From: Elusimicrobiota bacterium
GTDB taxonomy: Bacteria; Elusimicrobiota; Elusimicrobia; UBA1565; UBA9628
Assembly (NCBI GenBank): GCA_035533295.1
Contig: DATLUA010000040.1
Span: 559-64,558, forward strand
Length of the DNA: 64,000 nucleotides
Direction: 5' to 3'
The stretch's first letter is position 1; each line of letters opens with the position of its first letter. Positions 1-8,604 of this stretch are shown in pieces. The notes under the pieces were generated by a model. It did not search any database. It was not told the origin of the DNA and saw only the letters and a list, made by a program, of their open reading frames with translations. The position numbers and the translations under genes are program-made.

Positions 1-759
1 GTCCAAGACGTCTCGCTGCGCGTTCATGGCGCCGATGACCACGATGTTGGCCTGGGTGTCCGCGAGGCCGTCCATCTCGACCAGGAGCTGGTTCAAGGTC
101 TGGTTGCCCTCGGAGGAGCCCCCGAAGGCGTCGTGGAACACGCGCGTGCGGCCCAGCACCTCGATCTCATCGACGAAGATGATGCACGCGCCGTAGGCCT
201 GGGAGTACTGCCGGGCCTGCTTGAATAGCTTGCGGACGCGGGAAGCCCCCACGCCCACGAAAATTTCCACGAACTCGGAGCCCGAGGTGGACATGAAGGG
301 CACGCCCGCCTCGCTGGCAATGGCCTTGGCCAGCATGGTCTTGCCGCAGCCGGGGGGCCCTATCATCAGCAGGCCGTGGATGATCTTGCCGCCCACGCGC
401 TTTAGGACCGCGCGGTCCTTGATGAGCTGCACCACTTCCCAGGCTTCCCGCTTGGCCTCGTCCAGGCCCATGACGTCCGAGAAGCGCACCTTGACGGTCT
501 CGGCCGAGACCTTGGATTTATTGAAGCGCGCGAAGCCGCCGCCGCGCTCGACGATGTACAAGAGCCCCACGAAAATGACGGTCTGCAGGATGCCCCACGG
601 AAGCGAGGCGACGTTGATGCCGATGATGTAGCGGCGCACGCTCTCTTCCATGCCCGCCAGATACCAGAGCGGGAGCACGAACGCCACTAGGCCGCCGATG
701 ATGCCGACGACCCAGAGCCAGTAGCGCTGCCAGAAAAGCCTCAGCTTCGCCCAAAACAT
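1..759 (-). CDS. FtsH-family AAA+ ATPase (membrane-anchored), N-terminal portion; gene continues beyond window start
   Basis: Reverse-complement translation from ATG at 759-757 gives MFWAKLRLF... with two TM helices, then an AAA+ core. Walker A is GPPGCGKT; a [12 protein letters not shown] segment and Walker B IIFVDEI are present. The periplasmic loop is very short compared with E. coli FtsH. Missing from the ORF track because it runs off the edge. Confidence 0.7.
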   Translation of the reverse strand, partial: MFWAKLRLFWQRYWLWVVGIIGGLVAFVLPLWYLAGMEESVRRYIIGINVASLPWGILQTVIFVGLLYIVERGGGFARFNKSKVSAETVKVRFSDVMGLDEAKREAWEVVQLIKDRAVLKRVGGKIIHGLLMIGPPGCGKTMLAKAIASEAGVPFMSTSGSEFVEIFVGVGASRVRKLFKQARQYSQAYGACIIFVDEIEVLGRTRVFHDAFGGSSEGNQTLNQLLVEMDGLADTQANIVVIGAMNAQRDVLD

Positions 760-808
760 AATCCGTATTTTCTCCCCGAAAAACTATACCATTGTTTGGC
801 GCGCCGCG

Positions 809-1489
809 CTAACCGCCGCCCCCGCCCGGTCCGCCGCCGGCCGCCGCGCCCTGCGCGCTGGAGGAGCCGGGCAGAACGAATTGGATGGGCCGGTCGCGGT
901 TGGGCACGTACTTGATGACCTTGAACGTGAGCCCTTGGGACTTGTACATCCAGCCGATCTGCAGGACCGGGCCGGTCTTGACCGTGAGCGTCACTTCCTG
1001 CCAGACCTCGGTGCGCAGGATGTCCAAATTGGCCGAGGCTAGGTTCAAGAAGCCCTTTAACTGCGAGTTGTTGAAGCCCAGGTAGTCCATCACGTCGTTG
1101 CGGATGTCGGTCTGCAGGACGTTGTCGTCGTTGACGTAGGCCACATTGCGGTGGGATTCGAGCTCCCAGCGCGTGGCCGCGTAGTAGGAAGCGATTTCCA
1201 TCTTCTGCACCAGAATCAAGAGCGCGAAAATCTTGGCGAAGGCGAAGAGGAAGAACATGAAAAAGGGCAGGAGAATGACGGTCTCCAAGGTCGCTTGGCC
1301 GCGGGAACGGCGGAGGCGGAAAGAAAAAGAAGGAACGGAAGGGAACGGAGGGAAACGGAAGGGAACGGAGGGAAACGGAAGGGAACGGAAGGGAACGAAG
1401 GAGCGGGATAAAAAAACCGGAAAAAAGCGGAGCGCACGAAATGGGCCGCAGCCATGAGAATTTATTGCTGTCTGCTTCTTCTTTTTCAT
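809..1489 (-). CDS. TadE-like / class III signal-peptide pseudopilin (paralog 1); true start probably internal (~1288-1320) because the 5' part of the ORF reads through a repeat element
   Basis: N-terminal RRSRGQ|ATLETVILLPFFMFFLF... is a G-x4-E prepilin-like hydrophobic segment. The upstream 60 codons translate the GGAACGG repeat (FPSVPFRFPPFP), which is unlikely to be real protein. Confidence 0.45.
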   Translation of the reverse strand: MKKKKQTAINSHGCGPFRALRFFPVFLSRSFVPFRSLPFPSVPFRFPPFPSVPSFSFRLRRSRGQATLETVILLPFFMFFLFAFAKIFALLILVQKMEIASYYAATRWELESHRNVAYVNDDNVLQTDIRNDVMDYLGFNNSQLKGFLNLASANLDILRTEVWQEVTLTVKTGPVLQIGWMYKSQGLTFKVIKYVPNRDRPIQFVLPGSSSAQGAAAGGGPGGGGG

Positions 1490-1530
1490 TCCGTTCTTCC
1501 GTTACTTTCTGTTCTTTCCGTTCCGCCTCA
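1300..1530. repeat. GGAACGG/CCGTTCC inverted-repeat element copy 1 (purine-rich decamer array, ~80-nt core, inverted pyrimidine-rich array)
   Basis: 1331-1409 is seven tandem 10-bp units GGAACGGAAG/GGAACGGAGG/GAAACGGAAG. 1478-1530 carries the inverse CCGTTCTTCCGTTACTTTCTGTTCTTTCCGTTCC. The element is intercistronic between two minus-strand genes. Confidence 0.7.
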
Positions 1531-2913
1531 CGGGTATTCCCTCACCTGGAAGTGCGGCGTGGGGCAGGGCCAAACGCTGGCCGAGCCCGAGGTCTCTCCC
1601 TGGCAGTCGGAACTGCCGCCGGTCATGCCCATCCACAGCGCGATGCGCGAATGCACCTCGGGAAGCCCCGGCCCCATGAGCGCCGGGAAGTTCACGTTGA
1701 AGTAGTTGGACGGCGGCGTCCACGGCACCGTCACCGGCCAGCCGCCGCCGCCGGTCTGGCCCTGCGGGTTGCGGTCGTCCATGGTCTCCAATTCCGACTT
1801 GTCCACGGTGACCAGCTGGAAAAGCCCGTCGCAGTTGGAGATGTTGCTGGTCATGGACTGCACGCCGCAGACGGGTTCGGGCAGGTTGCCGATGAGCTCG
1901 TGCATGAACTTGTTGCCGCAGAAGCCCACTTTCGGAGCGCATTGGAAGTGCACGGAGCTCAAAAAAGATCCCGCGTATTGGTTGAAGGACGTGCTCAGCA
2001 GCTGGGACTCGTTCAAGGCATTGGCGCCGCCGGCGTTAAGCCAGTAGGACTTGGCCAAAAAATCGTGGTTGCCGGCCAGGCGCTGCAAAACCGAATACTG
2101 GGCCGACTCCACCGAGCCCAGCAGCTGGTAGACCTGGGTGTAGAGCCCGTAAATGGTGGAGAAGTCATCGTACTGCACGTCCCAGTAGTCCGCGGCGCGC
2201 AGACGGAACAAAACCAGCGTGTCCGGGCTCCAGGGCGGCGGCGGGCTGCCGCCCGAGGCGTCGTCCGGCGTCGGGCCGGGAATATCCGGATCCGTCACGT
2301 TCTTGCGCGTTCCGATGCCGCCGTAGCCGATGTCCCACGTGCCTTCCTGGTGGCTGTAGTCGGAGGTCTCCTGCTGGGTCGGATAGTAGGTCGGATCGAG
2401 CGAGGAGCTTCCCCCGCTCTCGTGCAGGCTGCGCGGAAAGATGCCCTCCTGGTACAAGACGTCGTACCACGGCGAGGGCCCCGGGCAGGAGCCGCCGTTG
2501 CCGGGCACGCTGCGGCCTTCGCAGGTCACGTCCTGGCCCTGGAACACCTCCTGGAAGATGCGCATGGGAAACGCGCCGTCGACGTAAGCGGAGCGGTTCA
2601 GGAAGTCCGAATAGTTGGTCATCTCGATGAACGCGGCGGCGTCGATGGCGAACTGGTGCCGGATTTTTTCCTGCGAGAGCTTGGCCGTCTCGTAGATGAG
2701 CCAGACAAAGAGCATCAAGGACGGGAAGATGAAGAGCGCAGGGATCAAAATCTGGCCGCGGGAACGTCGGAAACGGAAAGAGAGGGAAAGAGGCGGAGGG
2801 GAACGGAAGGGAACGGAGGGCGCGGCGCCGATAAAAAAACGCCGCGCGCCTATCGCTTCCGGCGCGGCGCTTTGCCCGTTTTTTTCCGTTTGCTTCCGTT
2901 CCATCCGTTGCAT
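1528..2913 (-). CDS. TadE/TadG-like large pseudopilin (paralog 2); start likely ~2760, 5' end of ORF reads through repeat element
   Basis: RFRRSRGQ|ILIPALFIFPSLMLFVWLIY... is a TadE-like N terminus, followed by a ~400-aa extracellular domain of normal composition. The overlapping plus-strand ORF 1441..2937 is R/G/A-rich antisense. Confidence 0.45.
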   Translation of the reverse strand: MQRMERKQTEKNGQSAAPEAIGARRFFIGAAPSVPFRSPPPLSLSFRFRRSRGQILIPALFIFPSLMLFVWLIYETAKLSQEKIRHQFAIDAAAFIEMTNYSDFLNRSAYVDGAFPMRIFQEVFQGQDVTCEGRSVPGNGGSCPGPSPWYDVLYQEGIFPRSLHESGGSSSLDPTYYPTQQETSDYSHQEGTWDIGYGGIGTRKNVTDPDIPGPTPDDASGGSPPPPWSPDTLVLFRLRAADYWDVQYDDFSTIYGLYTQVYQLLGSVESAQYSVLQRLAGNHDFLAKSYWLNAGGANALNESQLLSTSFNQYAGSFLSSVHFQCAPKVGFCGNKFMHELIGNLPEPVCGVQSMTSNISNCDGLFQLVTVDKSELETMDDRNPQGQTGGGGWPVTVPWTPPSNYFNVNFPALMGPGLPEVHSRIALWMGMTGGSSDCQGETSGSASVWPCPTPHFQVREYP

Positions 2914-2930
2914 TGCGTTTCTTCCGTCTT
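2752..2930. repeat. GGAACGG/CCGTTCC inverted-repeat element copy 2
   Basis: Six 10-bp purine units lie at 2761-2820 (gggaacgtcg gaaacggaaa ... ggaacggagg). The GC-rich central palindromes are gcgcggcg...cgccgcgc. The inverse arm tttttttccgtttgcttccgttccatccgtt is at 2879-2910. Its left boundary (tggccgcgggaacg) matches copy 1. Confidence 0.7.
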
Positions 2931-2998
2931 ACTATAGCCCCCCGTCGGCGGCGATGCAAGGTAAAAAATGTTAAAAAACGGCGGAAAAGCCGCGCGCG

Positions 2999-4303
2999 TC
3001 AGTGGTGCAGGTTCCAGTTGACCAGGTAGGCGTATTCGGGAAGTCCGGGCGGTTGATAGGAACGCAAATTCGGATCGTAGGCCGCGCTGAACTTGGGGAA
3101 AGAATCGTTGACTGCCTGATCGCGGGTGCCGTAAAGGCTGAAGCGCTGGCTGCCGAAGCAGCCGCTGCAGTTGTATTTCTCCTGCGAGGCGTTGTAGGTG
3201 CAGCCGCAATTGGCGTTCATGTTGGCCGTCCCGTTCTGCACGAAATAGACCCCGACGACGGTCATCCCGGAATTGGGCGATCCGTAGAAATTGATGCAGT
3301 TGGTGGCCAGGGCGGCGAACGACTCTCCCGAGTTGGCCGAAATCGAGCTGGCTCCCACGTAATACACGCCGCCGTTGACGTTGACGATGCCCGCCGAAGA
3401 CGAGCAGCCGCCATTGGTCGAATCTCCGGCCACCACCGTCACCATGCCGCTGACCGCGCCCGAAACGGTCACATCGGCGTTGTTCGCGAAAATAATGGCG
3501 CCTGCGGCCGGGATGGGGTAGTTGGTCCCACCGATGGTGAAGGTCTTGTCGGAATTTAATTGGACGCTGATCGAGGAGGTCGTGATGTAGGTTGAATAAG
3601 CCTCGTAGTAGGTGAAATCGAGGGTGGGCCAAGTGATCGGCGGGATGAAGTTGTAGGTGTTGCCCTTGACCGTGAATGATCCTTTGCTGGCGCCGGCGTA
3701 GTAGAGGTCCCCATCGATGGTCGCGTTGCCGGAGAGGTTCCCGTTGACCACCACGGGCCCGCCCACGAAGACGGTGCCCGCGGTCTGCAGGGTGAATTTT
3801 CCGTTGACGTAAAAGCCGCCGCTGTAGGTGGTGCCGTTTCCGCCGCTGAGCGTCGTGGCGCTGTTGAACATGCTGCCGTAAAGGGCCAAGGGCGAGACGA
3901 ACTGGATAAGGGCCTCAAGCACGCGCTCATGCGTCCCAGCCGTCGTAGCCGCGCTGCCGGCGACGCCTTCCGCGCGCAGGTAGAGGGTATGGTGCACCGA
4001 ATCCGCGGCGAACGTCACGGTCGAGTAGCCAGCCGAATAGAAATCCTCCGGGCGCTCCAGATCCGCCTCGTCGTAATGGCCGTTGTAGGGATTCTGGGAG
4101 AACTGGCGAAAATAATCGGTGACCACGTCGTTGGCTAGTTCCGAGGCGTTTTTCTGCTCCCTATCGGCGATGGCGGCCTTGACGGTCTCGGCGACGTACC
4201 GGCAGAAATAGAACGCGACGGGAAGAGCCATCAGCATGACGATAAGCGCCATGATCAGCGCCTGCCCGCGTCGTCCGGCGCCCTCCGTTTTACGGGCTCT
4301 CAT
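2999..4303 (-). CDS. PilX-like minor pilin-associated protein with Gly/Asn-rich beta-helix-like domain
   Basis: The RRGQALIMALIVMLMALPVAFYF N terminus resembles the PilX N-terminal domain. The remainder has GNLSGNATIDGDLYYAG-type repeats and a Cys-rich C terminus. Confidence 0.5.
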   Translation of the reverse strand: MRARKTEGAGRRGQALIMALIVMLMALPVAFYFCRYVAETVKAAIADREQKNASELANDVVTDYFRQFSQNPYNGHYDEADLERPEDFYSAGYSTVTFAADSVHHTLYLRAEGVAGSAATTAGTHERVLEALIQFVSPLALYGSMFNSATTLSGGNGTTYSGGFYVNGKFTLQTAGTVFVGGPVVVNGNLSGNATIDGDLYYAGASKGSFTVKGNTYNFIPPITWPTLDFTYYEAYSTYITTSSISVQLNSDKTFTIGGTNYPIPAAGAIIFANNADVTVSGAVSGMVTVVAGDSTNGGCSSSAGIVNVNGGVYYVGASSISANSGESFAALATNCINFYGSPNSGMTVVGVYFVQNGTANMNANCGCTYNASQEKYNCSGCFGSQRFSLYGTRDQAVNDSFPKFSAAYDPNLRSYQPPGLPEYAYLVNWNLHH

Positions 4304-5090
4304 ATTTCAAGGGCAGCAACGGAGGATAGACGTCCGTTTCCGCGTCGTAGGTTTCTCCATGCAGGGTCACGTCCATGCCGATGCTGACGTAGGTGATGTA
4401 GCCCAATTCCTGCGGCGTATCCAGGCTCCCATCGCCGTTTCCCGCCTGGTCCATTTCCTGCTCGCTGATGACGCCGTCGCCGTTGAAGTCTATGTTTTTA
4501 TCGACAGGCAACGCCTTGTCGCCCCAATAAGTGAACGTGAACGTGGAGACGTTCGCGGCGAGCTGCTTCAAGTACCTGCCGCCCCAAGGCGCCTCGTCCA
4601 AGCTCATGTCGAACCAAACGCCGCCGTTGGAATAATAAATCCGCTCCTCCACGTCGATTTTGCCGTCCTTGTCCTCATCGTCGTTCTTGAGATTGTACCC
4701 GACCGTCCACTGCGCCGTGGCGCCGACCAGCAGATTGGCGGTGCAGGCCACGTCCGCGCTCAAGTAATTGGGAATTCCGGAGCAACCCACGGCGTTAGGA
4801 CTGTAATTCGGGCTTTGGTCGATATCCACGATGTATTGGGCGAAGGTGGAGGTCGCGACCACGAATTGGTTCGCGTGGAGCATATACTCCTCCATCTTCA
4901 TCATCGCCTGACGCGCCTGCTCCTGCGCCTCGCTCTCGTTGACCACGGCGTTGTTCGACTTCATGATTCCCGCCAAAAAGCCCGCGAACGCGGCGCAGGC
5001 CACGGCCATGATGGCCATGCCGACCATGAGCTCGGTCAAAGTGTAGCCGCGCGCGCGCCGTTTCATAGCTAGGGGACGGTGAAATTCCAA
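4290..5090 (-). CDS. Type IV pilin-like minor pilin with two EF-hand-like Ca-binding loops
   Basis: RRARG|YTLTELMVGMAIMAV is a class III signal with the +5 Glu. Loops DEDKDGKIDVEE and DFNGDGVISEQE match the 12-residue EF-hand consensus. The ORF overlaps its neighbours at both ends. Confidence 0.6.
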   Translation of the reverse strand: MEFHRPLAMKRRARGYTLTELMVGMAIMAVACAAFAGFLAGIMKSNNAVVNESEAQEQARQAMMKMEEYMLHANQFVVATSTFAQYIVDIDQSPNYSPNAVGCSGIPNYLSADVACTANLLVGATAQWTVGYNLKNDDEDKDGKIDVEERIYYSNGGVWFDMSLDEAPWGGRYLKQLAANVSTFTFTYWGDKALPVDKNIDFNGDGVISEQEMDQAGNGDGSLDTPQELGYITYVSIGMDVTLHGETYDAETDVYPPLLPLKYESP

Positions 5091-6778
5091 GTGTCGTTGT
5101 TGCTCACGTCCGCCGGGGGATTTTGCGCGCAGTGGCTGACGGTCAGGCTCACGGTGTGCATGCTTCCGGAGCCATACGCCGCGGGCGGGGCATAGGACAC
5201 CGTTCCCGCGGACGGATCGTAGGCCGAGCCGATGTTCCCTATTCCGGAGCTCACCACCACCACGCCGTCCACGCTCATTTGAATACTGGACGGAACGATG
5301 CCGCTCTGGTTGTCGAAAATCTTCGCGGAAATGGTCGGATCATCGGAACCCGCGCTGCCGCCGATGGGCGAGGGTTGGGCGATGGAGGGCGCCGAGTTGT
5401 CCGGATCATTAACGGAGGGCGTAAACGTCCACGTTGAGGTCGCCTTGTAGCCCGCGTAGTCCCCCGCCTCGAGATAAACGCTGTAGGTCCCGGAATTTAA
5501 ATCCGGCGCGCTTCCCGTCACGGTGTCGATCCAGACCACGTTGCCGCTGGCCGCGTCGTAGCTGAAATTGACCGTGGATCCGTTGACCTCCATGGTGATG
5601 ACCGAGGGGCAGATGCCGCTGGTCGTGGTCGTGGAAACTCCCGGATCCGAGAGCGTCGCGGCCACGTAGGGCGCGCAGGTGCCGGCCGCGCCCTGGGGCG
5701 TTTCGCCGCTGATGACCGGAGGCGAGACGTCCAAAAGAACGTTCTCTATCGCCAGCGGAGACGTCAGGGTCCCCTTCACGGTTTGGGCCGTGATTTGATT
5801 GCTTCCCTCGACGAGATTTGAGGTCAGGCTGACCGCCGGAAAGGAAAAATCGCCGAAAGAGTCCGCGGCGACGCTGTCGAGAATGCCCGAGCCGCCCACG
5901 TAGAAATTCACCGTTCCGATGGGCTCGGTCTGTCCGACCATCAGCAGAGGCACGTTCGAGTCGGCCTCCATCTGCACGATATTCGCGGGATACGGCTTCA
6001 CTAGGGAAATCGCCAGGGAGGCCTGCTGCTGCGGCGTCAAGGACTGGTAAAGGTACGCGTTGTTCGTGGGAGTGGAAACCAGGAGGCTCAAGATGGACTC
6101 GCTCGAAGGATCGCTGCCGGGCTGGAATTGCTCTAGGGAAATCAGGCTGGTCTGCGAGCAGACGATTTGCCCCTGATCGTAGACGTCCAGGGTCACCTGC
6201 TTGATGTGCGTGTCCGGCTGTTCGGCCACGATACGGCCGTTGGAAACGTAGGTGTCGTAATAGTCCCCGTCGCCGTTCTGATCGTAATACTTGATGTTGG
6301 GGTCGTATGCGTCCACGCCGTGCCCGTCATCCGTGAAAGGAATCAAATCCGAGGTCATGCCGTTATGATTGGCGTCCGTGGTGTCTCGGCGCATGAAAAT
6401 AATGGACACCTTGAACCGGTCGAACCCCGCGGCGGACAGGGACGACTGTATGCCGTTGAGGACGGCGGTGTACGGATAGGCGGTCCACGGGCTTCCCGCT
6501 TTAATGAGGCCGTAAGCCGAGGAACTCGAATCCACGGCGAAAAGGTAGTAAAAGTCCATGTTCTTGAGCTGGTTCATCGAGGATTGCGCGAGCATCCCGC
6601 AGGTCATTTGCCGCCGCGCGGCCAAGGAAGCCTTCCCAAGATTGCCGATAAGGGAAATCAACGCCACCCCCACCATCGTCATGATAAGGGTGGCCAGGAC
6701 GGTTTCTAGAAGTATAGACCCTCTTTTTCGCGTTTTTCGCGGCGGCGCCCGAGATTTCTTTTTTCTGGACACAACCAA
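5069..6778 (-). CDS. Large type IV pilin-like minor pilin (PilW-like?)
   Basis: KRG|SILLETVLATLIMTMVGVAL prepilin-like N terminus. The 569-aa protein has a beta-rich, Ser/Thr/Gly-rich extracellular region. Confidence 0.5.
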   Translation of the reverse strand: MVVSRKKKSRAPPRKTRKRGSILLETVLATLIMTMVGVALISLIGNLGKASLAARRQMTCGMLAQSSMNQLKNMDFYYLFAVDSSSSAYGLIKAGSPWTAYPYTAVLNGIQSSLSAAGFDRFKVSIIFMRRDTTDANHNGMTSDLIPFTDDGHGVDAYDPNIKYYDQNGDGDYYDTYVSNGRIVAEQPDTHIKQVTLDVYDQGQIVCSQTSLISLEQFQPGSDPSSESILSLLVSTPTNNAYLYQSLTPQQQASLAISLVKPYPANIVQMEADSNVPLLMVGQTEPIGTVNFYVGGSGILDSVAADSFGDFSFPAVSLTSNLVEGSNQITAQTVKGTLTSPLAIENVLLDVSPPVISGETPQGAAGTCAPYVAATLSDPGVSTTTTSGICPSVITMEVNGSTVNFSYDAASGNVVWIDTVTGSAPDLNSGTYSVYLEAGDYAGYKATSTWTFTPSVNDPDNSAPSIAQPSPIGGSAGSDDPTISAKIFDNQSGIVPSSIQMSVDGVVVVSSGIGNIGSAYDPSAGTVSYAPPAAYGSGSMHTVSLTVSHCAQNPPADVSNNDTWNFTVP

Positions 6779-6829
6779 AGTTTAGGCCCGAAACCGCCGG
6801 TTTTCAAGGACGAAAAGGGGTGATTTGCG

Positions 6830-8101
6830 TCACGGCAGGCCGGCGGGCCAATTCATGACCTCTTCCTGCCAAGACTGCCTGGCCAACTGGACACCGGTCA
6901 CCATCATATTCTGAGCCGACGCATCGTTGTAGTAAACGGTCACGCCCGAATTCCAAGTCATGGTCGTGGTTCCCACGACGTAGAAGGCTCCGTAAATATT
7001 GCCGTTGCCGCCGCCGCCGCCGCCGTTCAAGATGCCGCCTACGTAGACGAGGCCGTTGAAGGCGATTTTGCTTCCCGGATAGGTTAGGCCGGTCGGGGCG
7101 TAGTTTGAGTCCAGTCCCGGGAACGAGGCCGGGGAGCCCGCGTCGAACGATTGGTAATGACTCCAATCGTTGCAATACTGCTTCCAGCCCAGCGGCGGGA
7201 TATCCATGGTGGGCGAGCCCTTGCCGAAGGTTCCGTTGGGCAGGTTCAAATTGCCGGTGATGATGACGGAGCCCACGATATAGACTCCCGGCGAATTGAT
7301 GCTTAAGCTGTGTCCGTCATCAATGTAATAGGTATCGCCGCTGGTGTCGTTGATATTCTTCCAGGTTTGATCGCTGGTGAAATAGCAGCTGCCGCCGACC
7401 CCGCCCGAAATAGGGCAGGGGACTTCGGCCTCCGCCGAGGACTTGTAGGCCGTGAAGTCAAGGGATGGCGCCGGCGGAATCTCGCTGGAATAGGAATGCC
7501 ACTGGCAGCAGGACGGCGAATCGCAGTTGGGCGGCGCCGGATCCGAATCGAAGGGCGATATGCTCGACGCCGACCAAAACTGGGGGTAGCCGACCGCCGA
7601 GCCAAGCGTGATGGGCTGGGGACTCATGATGCCGCCCCATTCGACGTTGACGCCCCCGCTGATTTCAACGCTGCCGCCACCGTAAAGGGCCGTTCCGGAA
7701 AGGACCGCGTTGGCGTAGACCGCCTTGATGGTCCTCACTTCGCGCTTCAAGTCGTCGCGCCCGACGCTCAATACCGTGACCTCCTGGGTTTGCGGCCCGC
7801 TGGAGATGGAAATCGCGTACTCGCCGCCGCTCAAATCCGCGTAGGCGGCGTCGAATTGATAGCCGCTTAGGAGTTTGCCCTCCTGAAGATTTTCCCAGGT
7901 CTGCGTCGAGACGGTCATGGCCAGATATGCCTTCTCGATGCCCGCCTCGGCCAGATGAAACGCCGTAGTTTTTTCAGCCTGGGATTGGGTCCAGACGGCT
8001 TCCCGGCGGCTGTAAAACACCAGCAGCGGGACAAGAATCGCCGCGATGAGCAGGACCAAAACGGCGCCGACCAGCACCTGGCCCGGCTCGCGCCGCCGCA
8101 T
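6830..8101 (-). CDS. PilX-like protein (paralog of 2999..4303)
   Basis: GQVLVGAVLVLLIAAILVPLLVFYSRREAVWTQSQAEKTTAFHLAEAGIEKA matches the PilX N-terminal pattern. A Gly-rich GGGGGGNGNIYGAFYVVG region resembles the other PilX-like protein. Confidence 0.5.
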   Translation of the reverse strand: MRRREPGQVLVGAVLVLLIAAILVPLLVFYSRREAVWTQSQAEKTTAFHLAEAGIEKAYLAMTVSTQTWENLQEGKLLSGYQFDAAYADLSGGEYAISISSGPQTQEVTVLSVGRDDLKREVRTIKAVYANAVLSGTALYGGGSVEISGGVNVEWGGIMSPQPITLGSAVGYPQFWSASSISPFDSDPAPPNCDSPSCCQWHSYSSEIPPAPSLDFTAYKSSAEAEVPCPISGGVGGSCYFTSDQTWKNINDTSGDTYYIDDGHSLSINSPGVYIVGSVIITGNLNLPNGTFGKGSPTMDIPPLGWKQYCNDWSHYQSFDAGSPASFPGLDSNYAPTGLTYPGSKIAFNGLVYVGGILNGGGGGGNGNIYGAFYVVGTTTMTWNSGVTVYYNDASAQNMMVTGVQLARQSWQEEVMNWPAGLP

Positions 8102-8604
8102 CAGTTCATGACCCTCACTTTCTCAATGGTCAATTCCAGGACTTTTTTCTGGCCGCGCTGGATGGTTTCCCCCATGGTCAAGGAAACGCTCACGATGGTC
8201 GGATTATCCGACTGCGGGAAGGTAAACGCGATGTACGACAGATGCTTGCTCATGACCGTGGTCGTATTGCCTATGACCTGCATCAATTCGTCGCCGCTCT
8301 GATAAAAAGACATACTGCGGCCACCGACCGTGGTGAAATCGATGCGCGAGTACGGTCCGCCGTTGGACGGAGTGCTGATGGTAATGGACAAATCCTGGGC
8401 TTGGCGAATATAGCGATTCATGGTGTCCAAGCATTGCCTGGCGTCGCGCTCTATGTCGTTGTTGGCCTGCGTCAGCTGATAAAAGTCGTTGAGGTGCATA
8501 AGCAGGTACGCGCCGGTGCTGGCAACGATGGCGACGATGGCCACGACGAGCATCATCTCGGCGAGGGTATACCCCAGCATCTTTCCCGTCCGGGCGCGCG
8601 TCAT
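8101..8604 (-). CDS. Type IV pilin-like minor pilin (FimT/GspH-like size)
   Basis: KMLG|YTLAEMMLVVAIVAIVAS prepilin motif. 167 aa. The stop overlaps the next gene's start. Confidence 0.55.
   Translation of the reverse strand: MTRARTGKMLGYTLAEMMLVVAIVAIVASTGAYLLMHLNDFYQLTQANNDIERDARQCLDTMNRYIRQAQDLSITISTPSNGGPYSRIDFTTVGGRSMSFYQSGDELMQVIGNTTTVMSKHLSYIAFTFPQSDNPTIVSVSLTMGETIQRGQKKVLELTIEKVRVMN

Noticed and set aside
1300-1530. Possibility that the GGAACGG repeat arrays are CRISPR arrays
   Set aside because: Units are 10 bp with no regular unique spacers, arrays are short and arranged as inverted purine/pyrimidine arms, and no cas genes are present.
809-2913. Using the ORF-track ATG starts (1489, 2913) for the two TadE-like genes, and 19703 / 38876 for the TPR and DUF2723 genes
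   Set aside because: These starts lie inside or beyond the inverted-repeat elements and would add implausible FPSVPFRFPP-type peptides. Real starts are probably non-ATG codons just downstream of the elements, but I could not fix them from sequence alone.
1441-2937. 498-aa plus-strand ORF, and similar long ORFs antisense to the minus-strand genes (9003..10229, 11217..12458, 12386..13456, 13510..14532, 17847..19625, 19622..20713, 21532..22308, 23424..24407, 24914..25816, 25865..26794, 28029..29606, 32198..33871, 34862..35746; also minus-strand ORFs 46792..47778, 48451..49065, 49243..49860, 52641..53615, 55859..56278 opposite plus-strand genes)
   Set aside because: Composition is heavily R/G/A/L/V-biased, as expected for antisense frames in ~65% GC DNA. 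Each overlaps a motif-bearing gene on the other strand and has no recognisable domains.
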